DNA of 64,000 nt, taken from contig CAVQWJ010000005.1 in assembly GCA_963717565.1 (NCBI GenBank), positions 129,242-193,241 of the forward strand, written 5' to 3'. Origin of the DNA: an uncultured Alphaproteobacteria bacterium. Lineage in GTDB: Bacteria; Pseudomonadota; Alphaproteobacteria; Rhizobiales; Beijerinckiaceae. Of the stretch, positions 10,678-22,026 are shown piece by piece. The notes under the pieces are model-generated. The model was not told where the DNA came from and ran no database searches. It worked only from the letters and a program-made list of their open reading frames with translations. Every line of letters starts with the position of its first letter. The stretch's first letter is position 1. The position numbers and the translations under genes are program-made.

Positions 10678-11385
10678 TCACTCCCCGAAATCGACGTCCT
10701 TCAGCCGACTGAAAACGCGGTCGGCGTCGAAATTGTCTTCCTCCTCCACCACGCGCGGGGCGGATTTGCCGAAGACGTCCTCATGCGTCGCCGGCTCGCG
10801 CTGGGTGGTGACGGCGGCGGGGACGAGCGTCTGGCCATGGTCCTCCACGACGGCCGGCCGATCCTTGGCCGCGCGATTTACCTCGAAGTCGAGGTCGATC
10901 TGCGAGCACAGGCCGAGCGTGACCGGGTCCATCGGCGTCAACGCCGCCGAATTCCAGTGCGTGCGCTCGCGGATCGCCTTGAGGGTCGCCTTCGTGGTGC
11001 CGACCAGACGCATGATCTGCGCGTCCTTCAGCTCCGGATGGTTGCGCACGAGCCAGAGAATCGCGTTCGGGCGGTCCTGCCGGCGCGACAGCGGCGTATA
11101 GCGCGGGCCGCGCGTTTTCTTGACCTCGGGCACCACGACCTTGGAGACCGAAAGCTTCAGATGATGCGCGGAATCGCGCTCGCCGCGGGCGATCTCCTCG
11201 CGGGTAAGCTGGCCGGAGGTGATCGGGTCGTGGCCGCGAATGCCCGCCGCGACCTCGCCGTCGGCGATTCCCTTCACCTCGAGCGGGTGGAGCTTACAGA
11301 ATTCGGCGATCTGGTCGAAGGTGAGCGAGGTGTTTTCGACGAGCCAGACCGCCGTCGCCTTCGGCATCAGGGGGGCGTTGGTCAT
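10678..11385 (-). CDS. trcR: DUF1013 family protein (TrcR-like transcription regulator)
   Basis: PLMPKATAVWLVENTSLTFDQIAEFC...RYTPLSRRQDRPNAILWL; AGGAGA RBS before ATG 11385. Confidence 0.8.
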   Translation of the reverse strand: MTNAPLMPKATAVWLVENTSLTFDQIAEFCKLHPLEVKGIADGEVAAGIRGHDPITSGQLTREEIARGERDSAHHLKLSVSKVVVPEVKKTRGPRYTPLSRRQDRPNAILWLVRNHPELKDAQIMRLVGTTKATLKAIRERTHWNSAALTPMDPVTLGLCSQIDLDFEVNRAAKDRPAVVEDHGQTLVPAAVTTQREPATHEDVFGKSAPRVVEEEDNFDADRVFSRLKDVDFGE

Positions 11386-11571
11386 CTGACGAAGTCTCCT
11401 TGAATCGGACATGGCGGGAGCGCCCGGCGCCGCGCGTCTTTTAGCGCGGCGACCCCATTAGGCTCGACCGTCCATGATGGGAATGAGGCACATATACGCC
11501 TTCCGCGGCCGGAGCGCAACGAAATTGGGCGCCCGCCTCATAGACATTCATGGGCGCCAGAGCTTTGCAGA

Positions 11572-12644
11572 TCAACGGGATTCCCGCGTATGCGCCGGCC
11601 GCAGGCCCTGGAGCGACGCCGGCAGAAGCTCGTCCAGCGCCGCGCCGATCGCCGGGCCGTATTTGTTGAAGAACAGGCCGAAGGCGATCAAAAGCACGCC
11701 TATGCCCGAGAGAGCGAAGGTGAAGAGGATCGAGTTCCTGAAAAACGGCGCTCGACAGATAGCCGAGATAGGTCGTCACTCCGATCGCCCCGAAGACCGC
11801 ATAGACCCGGCGCATGAGGAAGATCGACAGGAAAACGAGGCCGACGTTGATCGCGCAATAGAAGGCCTTGCCGAGCTCTCCGCCCGAATGCTGCGCGGTC
11901 AGCCCGCCCCAGAAGGCCATCAGCCCGAAAAGATGCAGCCAGAAGGCGAAGTCGCCGTTCCGCCATTTCTTCATATCGACAAGCCAGGCGACGGCGATGA
12001 CCGCGAGCCCGAACCAGAGACTGACCGTCGCGCGCTGATCCCAGCTGAAATGCTCCGCGCCCATCAGCCAGGGCGTCAGGTCCATTGACATGAACCACAG
12101 ACAGAAGGCGATGATCATGGTCAGGAAGGGGAACGGGAAGAAGACGAGCGCGAGCAGCGCCGCCGCGATCGTTCCCAGCTCCATCGGAAGCCAGCTCGAC
12201 TTGATCCACACGTAGAAGTCCCGATAGCCCTCCCTGGCGTCGATCGGATCGAAGCCGGCAAGCGTCTGCAGCGCGTAGATCGCCAGCGGCGCCATGCCCA
12301 CGGCGCAGGTGACGAGCAGCCCGCCCGGCGTATGCAGCCCGCGCCGCCACAGCGAGCTCCCCGCCGCCAGGAACAGCAGCCGCGTAGACGCCCGCCGTTG
12401 TCAGCAGCGCCCTGTCTCCCCACAGGCTGAAGGCGAGCGTCGAAAACATGCCCATGGCGCCGAGCACGATCAGCGCGCCGGCGTACCAGAGCACATGCGC
12501 CACATCGTAGCGCGGCGGCTGAATGGCGGGCGCCGCAATCACCGCACGCGCGGCGAGGAATTCAGCGAGCCGCTCGAATGTGTCGGGATCGATGACGCCT
12601 GCGTCGCGGGCGGCGGCTATGTCGTCGAGGGTAGAGCGTGACAT
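11572..12644 (-). CDS. Multi-pass membrane protein (DUF2157-like), two apparent 1-bp indels
   Basis: Hydrophobic reading continues across three frames, switching near 12385 and 11742; ends ...PAHTRESR* at 11572. Confidence 0.6.
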
Positions 12645-12786
12645 GATCATCCTCCAATCGGCGGGCTTATATACGCCGCGCTGCAACAAAACCTTGTACC
12701 AGCGCACATCACACGGGATATTTGACACAAGGGTTGGCATTGCCCATTAACCCCCTGCGGGCGGGAGGGCCCGACGGGACAAGGCC

Positions 12787-13851
12787 ATGCAAGAAAAAGC
12801 CAAAGGGCTCACCTATTCCGACGCGGGCGTCGACATCGACGCCGGCAACAGGCTCGTCGACATGATCCGCCCCGCCGTGCGCGCGACGAAGCGCCGGGGC
12901 GCGGATGGCGAGATCGGCGGATTCGGCGGCGTATTCGACCTGAAGGCTGCGGGCTATACGGACCCGGTTCTGGTCGCCGCGAATGACGGCGTCGGCACCA
13001 AGGTGAAGATCGCGATCGAGTCGAACATGCATGGCGCGATCGGCGTCGATCTCGTCGCCATGTGCGTCAACGACCTCGTCGTGCAGGGAGCGGAGCCGCT
13101 CTTCTTCCTCGACTATTACGCCACCGGCAGGCTCGACCCCAAGGTCGCCGCCGCTGTGGTGAAGGGAATAGCGGACGGCTGCGTCATCGCGGGCTGCGCG
13201 CTGCTCGGCGGCGAAACGGCGGAAATGCCGGGCCTTTATTCCGGCAGGGATTACGATCTCGCCGGCTTCGCCGTGGGCGCGGCCGAGCGCAAGGCGCTGC
13301 TGCCGCGCGCCGTCCAGCCGGGCGACGTCGCCTTTGGCCTGCCCTCTTCCGGGGTGCATTCCAACGGCTATTCGCTCGTGCGCCGCATCGTGAAGGACAT
13401 GGGCCTCTCCTGGGAGGCCACGGCCCCCTTCGCGCCGGAGATGACCCTCGCCCGCGCGCTGCTCGAACCGACGCGAATCTATGTAAAGCCGCTGCTCGAA
13501 GCGCTGAAGCGCACGCCGCATATTCGCGCGCTGGCGCATATCACCGGCGGCGGCTTTCCCGACAATCTGCCGCGCGTGCTTCCCAAGGGACTGGGCGTGT
13601 CGCTTGACCTCTCGGCGTTCGCGCCGCAACGCGTCTTCAAATGGCTCGCGGCGGCGGGCGAGATCGAGGAAAGCGAGATGCTGCGCACCTTCAACTGCGG
13701 CGTCGGCATGGTGGTCTTCGCCGCCAAGGACGGCGCCGCCGAGGTGGAGAAGATCCTGTCCGAATTGGGCGAGGAGCCCGTGCGGATCGGCGACGTGATC
13801 GAGGCGAAGGCTGGCGAGCGCGTCGTGATGAACGGGAAGCTGAAGCTGTAA
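12787..13851 (+). CDS. purM: Phosphoribosylformylglycinamidine cyclo-ligase
   Basis: [40 protein letters not shown]. Confidence 0.97.
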   Translation: MQEKAKGLTYSDAGVDIDAGNRLVDMIRPAVRATKRRGADGEIGGFGGVFDLKAAGYTDPVLVAANDGVGTKVKIAIESNMHGAIGVDLVAMCVNDLVVQGAEPLFFLDYYATGRLDPKVAAAVVKGIADGCVIAGCALLGGETAEMPGLYSGRDYDLAGFAVGAAERKALLPRAVQPGDVAFGLPSSGVHSNGYSLVRRIVKDMGLSWEATAPFAPEMTLARALLEPTRIYVKPLLEALKRTPHIRALAHITGGGFPDNLPRVLPKGLGVSLDLSAFAPQRVFKWLAAAGEIEESEMLRTFNCGVGMVVFAAKDGAAEVEKILSELGEEPVRIGDVIEAKAGERVVMNGKLKL

Positions 13852-13865
13852 ACCTCAAAGGCGAC

Positions 13866-14516
13866 ATGGCCCGCTTGCGCACCGCCATTCTCATCTCCGG
13901 CCGGGGCTCCAACATGGACGCCCTGCTCGCCGCGGCGCGCGCGCCGGATTTCCCGGCGGAAATCGCGCTCGTCCTCTCCAACAGGCCGGATGCGCCCGGC
14001 CTCGCAAAGGCAAAAGCCGCTGGCGTCGCCGTCGCGGCGGTCGATCACAAGATTTATGCAGGCCGCGAGGAGTTCGAGCGCTCGCTTCAACTGGTGCTGG
14101 AAACCTACAGGATCGATTTCATCTGCCTTGCGGGTTTCATGCGGCTATTTACACCGTGGTTCATCGGTCAATGGACGGGGCGGATGCTGAACATCCACCC
14201 TGCCCTGCTGCCGTCCTATCGCGGCCTTCACACCCATGAGCGCGCGCTGGCGGATGGCGTGAAGATTCATGGCTGCACGGTGCATTTCGTCGTGCCGGAG
14301 ATGGACGAAGGCCCCATCGTCGCGCAGGCCGCCGTGCCCGTGCTCGATGACGATACGGCCGACACGCTCGGCGCGCGCGTGCTGGCGCAGGAGCACGAGA
14401 TCTATCCGCTGGCGTTGCGACTCGTGGCGTCGGGCAAGGTGCGGGTCGAAGGGAACCGGGTGATTGGCGCGCGAGGCGAATCGACAGATAAGCTTGTAGC
14501 GCCCCCGCTGAATTGA
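13866..14516 (+). CDS. purN: Phosphoribosylglycinamide formyltransferase
   Basis: ILISGRGSNM, LAGFMR, NIHPALLP, GCTVHFV...DEGPI. Confidence 0.96.
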   Translation: MARLRTAILISGRGSNMDALLAAARAPDFPAEIALVLSNRPDAPGLAKAKAAGVAVAAVDHKIYAGREEFERSLQLVLETYRIDFICLAGFMRLFTPWFIGQWTGRMLNIHPALLPSYRGLHTHERALADGVKIHGCTVHFVVPEMDEGPIVAQAAVPVLDDDTADTLGARVLAQEHEIYPLALRLVASGKVRVEGNRVIGARGESTDKLVAPPLN

Positions 14517-14525
14517 GGCGCCGAC

Positions 14526-15239
14526 ATGCTTAAAATTTATGGTTTCGGCCCGGCCCCCGGCCTCCCAGACCTTTCGCCTTTCGTCACCAAGGCGTTGACG
14601 CTGCTGAAGATGGCGGGAGTCGAATACGTCGTCGATACGACGGGCCTTCGCCGTGCGCCAAAAGGCAAGCTGCCTTACATCGACGACGCTGGCGTCATCG
14701 TCGCCAACTCCACCTTCATTCGCTTTCACCTCGAGAAAACGCGAGGGATCGACTTCGACGCGGGACTTTCTGCGATGGAACGCGCCCGGAGTTGGACGAT
14801 CGAGAAGTTTTGCGAAGATCATCTCAGTCAGATTGTCGCGCTGTGTCGCTGGCGGGACGAGGAAAATTTTGCGCGCGGCGTCGGCGCCTTTTTCGACTCC
14901 ATGCTGCCCGCGCTCATTCGCGCGCCCGCGAAATGGCTGATCCGGCGTGGCATTGTGAGACGCCTTTGGCAGCAGGGAATCGGCCGATTCACGCCGGCTG
15001 AAATCGAGGTTCTCGGGAAGCGGGACGTGGAAACGCTGGCGACGCTTCTCGGCGACAAGCCGTATCTAATGGGCGACGCCCCCTGCGCCGCCGACGCGGC
15101 GATGTTCGCCACACTCGCTTTGCTGATGGACCCGGCAAGCGCCTCGCCCACGCGCGACGCGGCGCTGTCGAAACCCAATCTCGTCGCCTATCGGGAAAGA
15201 ATGATGGGGCGCTATTTCCCGGAAACCGCGGCGCCATGA
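14526..15239 (+). CDS. Glutathione S-transferase family protein (metaxin/FAX-like)
   Basis: SPFVTK, PKGKLPYI, LLGDKPYLMGD pattern. Confidence 0.8.
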   Translation: MLKIYGFGPAPGLPDLSPFVTKALTLLKMAGVEYVVDTTGLRRAPKGKLPYIDDAGVIVANSTFIRFHLEKTRGIDFDAGLSAMERARSWTIEKFCEDHLSQIVALCRWRDEENFARGVGAFFDSMLPALIRAPAKWLIRRGIVRRLWQQGIGRFTPAEIEVLGKRDVETLATLLGDKPYLMGDAPCAADAAMFATLALLMDPASASPTRDAALSKPNLVAYRERMMGRYFPETAAP

Positions 15240-15264
15240 AGCGGCCGGGGAAGTCACTGGGGCT

Positions 15265-15333
15265 CTGGATTGCTTCGCTTAGCTCGCAATGACGGGTTGT
15301 CCGTCAGTGCGAGGAGCAAGCGACGAAGCGATC
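15265..15333. repeat. Inverted pair of REP-like elements between convergent genes
   Basis: CTGGATTGCTTCGCTTAGCTCGCAATGAC followed by GTCAGTGCGAGGAGCAAGCGACGAAGCGATC. Confidence 0.6.
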
Positions 15334-15357
15334 GGCGCCGCATCACAGTCCCTGGCC

Positions 15358-16779
15358 CTACGTCCCCTTGATCGCCTCAAACGCCGAAAGCGCCCGCGCG
15401 CGGGCCTGCGCATGGTCGACAATCGGCGGCGGATAGGTCTCTCCCAATGTCACGCCCGCCTTGCGAAGCACATCGTCGGGCGCCTCCCATGGCCGATGAA
15501 TCCAGCGCGCCTCCAGCTTCCCCAACTCTGGAACATAACGCCGGACATAATCCCCTTCCGGATCGAACTTCTCGCCCTGCAACACCGGATTGAACACACG
15601 AAAATAAGGAGCCGCATCGGCGCCGCAGCCGGCGACCCATTGCCAGCCGCCGCTATTATTGGCGAGGTCCGCGTCGACGAGCGTGTCCCAGAACCAGCGT
15701 TCGCCTTCCTGCCAGGGCAGCAGCAGATGCTTCACGAGAAAGCTCGCCGCCACCATGCGCGCGCGATTGTGCATGTAGCCGGTGAGCCATAATTCGCGCA
15801 TGGCCGCGTCGACGAGCGGATAACCCGTGCGCCCCTTTTGCCACGCTTCGAGCTGCGCCGTCTCATAGACCCATGGAAATTCGTTGAAACGCTGGTCGAG
15901 CGCGCGGTCCGGCATCTCCGGGTTGGCGACGAGGAGATGATGACAGAACTCGCGCCATCCGATCTCGCGAAGATAGGGAAGCCCGTCCTCCCCGGCCGCC
16001 GCCATGATTTCCGTCCAGACGCGACGCGGCGAGACCTCGCCGAAATGCAGGTGAGGCGACATGCGGGAGACGCCGGCCGTCGCCATGAAATCGCGTGCGA
16101 CCTTGTAGTCATTCACTGGTCCCGCCGCGAAATCCGCCAGCCGTTTACGCGCGGCCTTTTCACCTGCCTTCCATGTCTCGCGCATGACCTTGGCCCAATC
16201 GGGCTTCGTCGGCAGGAGCCGCCAGTCGTCGAGCGCCTCGCTTTTCTGCGCCGGCGCCGCTTTCAGCTTTTTGGGCGCCGGCAAAGGCGCCGGCGGGCCG
16301 CCCGTTGCGAGACAGGCGCGCCAGAAGGGCGAGAATACCTTGAAGACATCGCCCTGCTTGTTACGCAGATGCGCGGGCTCGAAGAGAAGCGAACCGTTGA
16401 AGCTCTCGGCCGCCAGCCCGCGCGCGCGCAGACGCGCCTTGATCTCGCTGTCGCGTCGCATGGCCCAGGGCTCGTAAAGCCGGTTCCAGTAAACGCCCGA
16501 CGCCCCGGTCTCCCCGATCAGTTCTTCGAGCGCGAAATCCGCGCGCCCGCGCCGCAAAATGAGCGTTACGCCGAGACGCGCGAGATCAACTGAAAGCGAG
16601 GTCAAAGAGTAATGCAGCCACCAGCGGCTGGCTGCGCCCATGCGCCAGTCGCCGGCGCTCTCGTCGTCGAGCGCATATAGGGCGACGACCGGCGCGCCGG
16701 AGCGCGCCGCCGCGTCCAGCGCCGGATTGTCGTCGAGACGCAGATCGTTGCGAAACCAGACAATGACCGGCGCGGTCAT
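15358..16779 (-). CDS. phrB: Deoxyribodipyrimidine (CPD) photolyase
   Basis: WFRNDLRLDDNPAL, SRMSPHLHFGEVS, WREF, GRTGYPLVDAAMR, GYMHNRARM, FRVFNP. Confidence 0.93.
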   Translation of the reverse strand: MTAPVIVWFRNDLRLDDNPALDAAARSGAPVVALYALDDESAGDWRMGAASRWWLHYSLTSLSVDLARLGVTLILRRGRADFALEELIGETGASGVYWNRLYEPWAMRRDSEIKARLRARGLAAESFNGSLLFEPAHLRNKQGDVFKVFSPFWRACLATGGPPAPLPAPKKLKAAPAQKSEALDDWRLLPTKPDWAKVMRETWKAGEKAARKRLADFAAGPVNDYKVARDFMATAGVSRMSPHLHFGEVSPRRVWTEIMAAAGEDGLPYLREIGWREFCHHLLVANPEMPDRALDQRFNEFPWVYETAQLEAWQKGRTGYPLVDAAMRELWLTGYMHNRARMVAASFLVKHLLLPWQEGERWFWDTLVDADLANNSGGWQWVAGCGADAAPYFRVFNPVLQGEKFDPEGDYVRRYVPELGKLEARWIHRPWEAPDDVLRKAGVTLGETYPPPIVDHAQARARALSAFEAIKGT

Positions 16780-16782
16780 TCC

Positions 16783-18225
16783 TTACCGCCTCGCGTGGCG
16801 CATACCGTAGAACAGATAAATCGCGACGCCCACAGCCGTCCAGATAAGCAACCGCAGCCAGGTGTCGAGCGGCAGCGCCAGCATCAGCGCGAGGCAGGAG
16901 AGAATTCCGAGTATCGGCATGACGGGAATGCCTGGCGCCCGGAAGGGCCGCTTCAGCTCCGGATGCATCCGGCGCAGATAAAGCACCGAAAGGCAGACCA
17001 GCGCGAAGGCCGCAAGCGTGCCGATGCTCACCATCTCGCCGAGCAGGTCGATGGGAAACAGGCCCGCAGCGAGCGCAACGATGACGCCGACGAGTATCTG
17101 ACTGACGGCCGGCGTGCGATAGCGCGGATGCAGGCGCCCGAAGATCGCGGGCAGCAGCCCGTCCTGCGCCATGGTGAAGAAGATGCGCGTCTGCCCGTAG
17201 AGCAGCACCAGAATGGCGGTGGTGAGGCCGGCCAGCGCGCCGAATTTCACGACCCATGCGAGCCAGGAAATGCCCGTGCGATCCATGACCAGCGCCATCG
17301 GGTCCGGCACGCCGAGCTCCCTGTAATTCACCACGCCTGTCGCGACCGCCGCGACGGCGACGTAGAGGATCGTGCAGATGATCAGCGAGCCGATGATTCC
17401 GATTGGAATGTCGCGCTGCGGCGTATGCGCCTCCTGCGCGGCGGTGGAGACGGAGTCGAAACCGACATAGGCGAAGAACACGACCGAGGCGCCGCGCGCC
17501 ACGCCGCTCCAGCCATAGACGCCGAAATCGCCGGTGTTTTCCGGGATCAGCGGCGACCAGTTCGCCGTATCCACATGCCCGGCGCCGAAGAAGATCACCA
17601 TCAGAACGACCGTCACCTTGATGGCGACAATGACATTGTTGAACGTGCTGAACTCAGACGTGCCGCGCACCAGCAGCGCGGTCAGAAGCAGGATGATCGC
17701 CGCCGCAGGAACATTGAACAGCCCATGCACATTCCCCGTCTCCGAGAAATAGGCGTGGGTGAATTGGGAAGGAATGTGAATACCAAAACCCTGCATCACG
17801 CGGTTGAAATAGCCGCCCCAGCCCACCGCGACGGTCGCCGCGCCGGCGGCATATTCGAGGATCAGGTTCCAGCCGATGATCCACGCGAAAATCTCGCCAA
17901 GCGTAATGTAAGTGTAAGTGTAAGTGCTGCCCGCGACGGGAATGAGAGAGGCGAGCTCCGCATAGCACAGCGCCACGAAGGCGCAGGCGGCGCCCGAAAG
18001 GACGAAGGAAATCATCACGCCAGGCCCGGCGTAATTTGCCGCCGCCGTGCCGGTGAGCACGAAAATGCCCGCGCCGATGATGCCGCCGATGCCGAGCGAC
18101 ATGAGCGAAGCCCAGCCGAGCGCGCGCTTCATCCCGTCGCCTTCGTTCTGGGCCGCGTGCGCCTCGATGACGGCGTGGACAGATTTGCGGGTGAGATAGA
18201 CCTTTTTTGCCATGACGACGGCCAA
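16783..18225 (-). CDS. APC-family amino acid permease
   Basis: GIGGIIGAGIF, YAELAS, FFAYVGFD; about 12 transmembrane segments. TTG start at 18225 or ATG at 18213. Confidence 0.9.
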   Translation of the reverse strand: MAVVMAKKVYLTRKSVHAVIEAHAAQNEGDGMKRALGWASLMSLGIGGIIGAGIFVLTGTAAANYAGPGVMISFVLSGAACAFVALCYAELASLIPVAGSTYTYTYITLGEIFAWIIGWNLILEYAAGAATVAVGWGGYFNRVMQGFGIHIPSQFTHAYFSETGNVHGLFNVPAAAIILLLTALLVRGTSEFSTFNNVIVAIKVTVVLMVIFFGAGHVDTANWSPLIPENTGDFGVYGWSGVARGASVVFFAYVGFDSVSTAAQEAHTPQRDIPIGIIGSLIICTILYVAVAAVATGVVNYRELGVPDPMALVMDRTGISWLAWVVKFGALAGLTTAILVLLYGQTRIFFTMAQDGLLPAIFGRLHPRYRTPAVSQILVGVIVALAAGLFPIDLLGEMVSIGTLAAFALVCLSVLYLRRMHPELKRPFRAPGIPVMPILGILSCLALMLALPLDTWLRLLIWTAVGVAIYLFYGMRHARR

Positions 18226-18342
18226 TGGATGTCCTCTCGCTTGCCGGGCGCGTCGTGACGCGTCCCGGTATGAGCATCCCGCGATTATGGTTGCAGCGCA
18301 AAAAGATACAAGCCGAAAAGGCTCGGCCCGCGCCGGATCGGC

Positions 18343-19477
18343 TCAGCGCCGCCCATGGGTCGCATAATCGAGCACGATGGCCGCCGCCCGTGCGCTTGGA
18401 TGACGTCCCGCCCCCAAGAGCCGCGCGCGCATGCGGGCGAAAGCCGCGATCTGGGCGGCGCGCGGCGCGCTCTTCTCCTCGAGCAGCGGCGCCAGCGCCC
18501 CGGCGAGCGCCTGCGGCGTCGCGTCCTTCTGGATGAATTCCGGGATCGCATTTTCGCCCGCGATCAGGTTCGGCAGGACGATGGAGGGCGCGGTGACCAT
18601 GAAACGCAGGAGCGATTCAGGTCCCGAGACCTTGTAAGCGACCGCCATCGGCGTCCCAGCGAGCGCCAGCTCCAAAGTCGCGACCCCGGATGTGACAAGA
18701 GCCGCCCGCGCCTGCCGGAAGGCCGGAAATTTCTCCTCCGTCGACAAAAGACGCGGCGTCATCGGCCAGCCGGCCAGCGCCTCGCGCAGCTCCGCCGCCA
18801 TGTTCGGCGCGACGGGAACGGCGACATCGAGATCCGGCCGCTCGCGCATCAGGCGCAGGACGACCTCGCCGTAAAGCGACGTCATGCGCCTGATCTCCGC
18901 GCGACGCGAACCCGGCAGCACCAGCAGCGAGGGCCGCCTGTACGGCGCGGGCTTCAGCTCGTCGAGCCGCTCGACCAGCGGATGGCCAACATAGACGCAG
19001 CGCGGCCCGCCGAGCCGATCATGCGCCTCGGGCTCGAAAGGCAGCAGCGCCAGCACGCAATCGACATAGTCCCGCATCTTGCGCGCGCGGCCCGGACGCC
19101 ACGCCCAGACGGTGGGGCTCACATAATCGACGATCGGCAGGTCCGGCAGCGCACGGCGCACCCTGCGCGCGACGCGATGCGTGAAATCGGGGCTGTCGAT
19201 GATGACGAGACAATCGGGCTTGCGCGGCGATAACCGCGCGCGCCGTTTCGTCGATGCGCGCCACGAGTTTCGGCAATCGCGCGAGAACGGGCGCCAATCC
19301 CATCACGGCGATGTCGGTGAGCGGAAATAGCGAGGAAAGCCCCTCTTGCGTCATCGCCTCGCCGCCGACGCCCGCAAACTGAAGCGACGGCCGCGCCTTG
19401 CGCAGCGCGCGCATGAGCGCGGCGCCGAGCGCGTCGCCGGACGCCTCTCCGGCAATGAGAAAGACCTGCTGCGTCAC
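18343..19477 (-). CDS. lpxB: Lipid-A-disaccharide synthase, apparent +1 indel near 19224
   Basis: IAGEASGDALGA N-terminus; YVSPTVWAWRPGR, LPFE, GHPL, LPGSR in the second frame; GTG start overlaps the lpxA stop. Confidence 0.9.
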
Positions 19478-20271
19478 GGCGTATCGGCGCGGCGTCGCGG
19501 CGCGCAAAGGGGACGCTGCGAGGGCGCGCGCAGAAATTCCACTAATACGGATATATCGGGGTCGGCGGCATGGCTGATCGCGACGTCCTCGATCTTTTGC
19601 ATCAAGGCGCGCGTATCCGCTGAAACAAATAATCGCCGATATGCTGCTTTGAGATTGGCGATGCGCTCGGCCGAAAACCCCCGTCTCTGCAGACCGATCA
19701 CATTGAGTCCGAACAGATGGGCGCGATTGCCGCCGGCCAGAGCGAAGGGAATCACATCGCCTTCCACGCCGGCAAGGCCGCCGATAAAGGCATGGGCGCC
19801 GATGCGCACGTTCTGATGGACGGCTGTGGCGCCGCCGATGGACGCCTCACTGCCGATCTCGACATGGCCGCCGAGCAGCACATTATTGGCCAGCACGACG
19901 CCGTCGCCGAGATGGCAGTCATGCCCGACATGCGAATAGGCCAGAAACGCGCAGCGGTCGCCGATGCGCGTCATCGCGCCGGCGTTGATGGTGACGCCTT
20001 CGCGAATGATGCAATCAGCGCCGATCTCTACCTCCCCCTCGGACAGCGCCGCCTTGAGGTCCTGCGACGGCGTTCCGATGGAGACGAAAGGAAAGATCCG
20101 CGCGCGGGCGCCGATGGACGTTCGCCCCGCCACCACGACGTGGGACTGCAGGACGCTGTCCGCGCCGATCTGCGCTTTCGCGCCGATATGGCAGAACGGC
20201 CCGACGACGACATTCTCGCCGAGCCGCGCGCCGGCTTCGACAATCGCGCTTGCGTGGATCGTCGCCGTCAT
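19474..20271 (-). CDS. lpxA: Acyl-ACP--UDP-GlcNAc O-acyltransferase
   Basis: Hexapeptide repeats; HVGHDC motif. Confidence 0.92.
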   Translation of the reverse strand: MTATIHASAIVEAGARLGENVVVGPFCHIGAKAQIGADSVLQSHVVVAGRTSIGARARIFPFVSIGTPSQDLKAALSEGEVEIGADCIIREGVTINAGAMTRIGDRCAFLAYSHVGHDCHLGDGVVLANNVLLGGHVEIGSEASIGGATAVHQNVRIGAHAFIGGLAGVEGDVIPFALAGGNRAHLFGLNVIGLQRRGFSAERIANLKAAYRRLFVSADTRALMQKIEDVAISHAADPDISVLVEFLRAPSQRPLCAPRRRADTP

Positions 20272-20293
20272 CGGGCGCGTCGCATGGCTTGCG

Positions 20294-20758
20294 TCACACC
20301 CCCATCATGGCGCTGATCTGCGCCTCGCAGACGAGTTGGCCGTCCACTAGCGCGCGGCCCTGATACCACCAGATGTTCCGCTTCTGCGCGGTCTTGGTCA
20401 TGTGGAATTCGACGCGATCGCCGGGACCGACCGGCTTGCGGAATTTCGCGCCGTCGATCGTCATGAAATAGACCAGCTTGGGCCGCTCGGTCTGACCCTG
20501 GTTGCGCATGACGATGACGCCGGCGGTCTGCGCCATCGCCTCCACGAGCAGCACGCCTGGCATGACTGGCCGCTCGGGGAAATGCCCCATGAATTGCGGT
20601 TCGTTGATCGTGACATTCTTCACGCCGACACAGGACTCGTCGCCCCTGATGTCGATGATGCGATCGACGAGCAGAAACGGATAGCGATGTGGCAACAGCC
20701 GCATGATTTCGAGAATATCCGCGCTCTCCAGCTTCGCGCCGGCCTCGGTCTCTGACAT
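20294..20758 (-). CDS. fabZ: 3-hydroxyacyl-ACP dehydratase
   Basis: [29 protein letters not shown]. Confidence 0.95.
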   Translation of the reverse strand: MSETEAGAKLESADILEIMRLLPHRYPFLLVDRIIDIRGDESCVGVKNVTINEPQFMGHFPERPVMPGVLLVEAMAQTAGVIVMRNQGQTERPKLVYFMTIDGAKFRKPVGPGDRVEFHMTKTAQKRNIWWYQGRALVDGQLVCEAQISAMMGV

Positions 20759-20893
20759 GGATTCCCCCCTCGTATCGTTGGGCGTCTGCGCGCCCCTGGG
20801 CAGCGTTCCGCCGAAGCGCTCGCTGGTCCGAAGACGCAAATTAGCGAGCGCCCGGGCAAGCTCCAAGCGGATAAGGAACGGCTCGGCCGTGTT

Positions 20894-21953
20894 TTATAGC
20901 GTTTCGTCGGGCTTGTCGCGGCGCGCCAGACGGTCGATGAGCGCCTCGCCGCGCAAATAGCGCCTCAACGGCCGCGCCGGGGCGCCGCCATAGCGCGCGC
21001 CGGGCGGAACGTCGCGCATGACGCCTGACTTTGCCGCGATGGCCGCCCCCTCCCCGATCTTCAGATGGCCCGCGATCGCGGACTGGCCGCCCAGCGCGAC
21101 ATAGTCGCCGATCTCGCAGGAGCCCGCGATCCCCGTCTGCGCGACGATGGCGCAGAAGCGGCCGATGACGACATTGTGACCGATCTGCACGAGATTATCG
21201 ATCTTCGATCCCTCGCCAATGATCGTGTCGCGCGTCGCGCCACGGTCGATCGTCGTGTTGGCGCCGATCTCGACATCGTCCTGCACGATGACCCGGCCGA
21301 GCTGTGGAGTCTTCAACCAGCCCTTGTCCGCCGCGCGCATAGCCGAAACCGTCCTGCCCCAGCCGCGCGCCCGGATGGATGATCACCCGATCGCCGATCA
21401 GGGCGCAGACCAGACTGACCTGCGCGCCGATGCAGCATCCGCGACCGATGCGGACATCCGGCCCGATCACGGCTTGCGGGCCGATGACCGTTCCCGAGCC
21501 AATCTCGGCGCCCGGCCCGATGACGGCGCCGGGATCGACCGTGACGCCGGGCTCCAGCCGGGCCTCGGGATGCACGACCGCGCTTGGCGAAACGCCGCTG
21601 TTTCGGAACAGCGAGCCTGGCCGCAGCGCTTCCGGAAACAGGGCCGACGCCGCGAGAGTCATGGCGCGCCGGGGATCGTCGACGATAAGGCCGATGATGC
21701 GATCTGGAAGCAGATGCGCATGTTTCGGGTGCAGAAAACAGGCCGTCGCCCGGCAAGCCGCGAGCGCCCCCTCATAGCGGGTGGAGAAGAAGAAGCAGAG
21801 GTCGCCGTGATGTCCCGCCGCCAGCGGCGCCACGCCGGTGATGACGGGCGGCGCGGCCGGTTCTGCGGCGTCCCGGATCGACGCGCCGGTGATTTCGGCG
21901 ATTTCCGCGACAGTGTAGGGCCGCGAGAGGTGGAAGAAGGCCGCAACGCTCAT
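20894..21953 (-). CDS. lpxD: UDP-3-O-acylglucosamine N-acyltransferase, apparent indel near 21340
   Basis: GQDGFGY in the first frame; [23 protein letters not shown] and [11 protein letters not shown] in the second. Confidence 0.92.
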
Positions 21954-21980
21954 GTGAGCCGCTCGCCCGACGCTGGACAC

Positions 21981-22015
21981 AAAAAAACGCGCCGGACGGA
22001 GTCCGTCCGGCGCGT
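21981..22015 (-). terminator. Rho-independent terminator after bamA
   Basis: ACGCGCCGGACGGA / TCCGTCCGGCGCGT stem followed by a U7 tract on the minus strand. Confidence 0.8.
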
Positions 22016-22026
22016 CAATGTCATTA

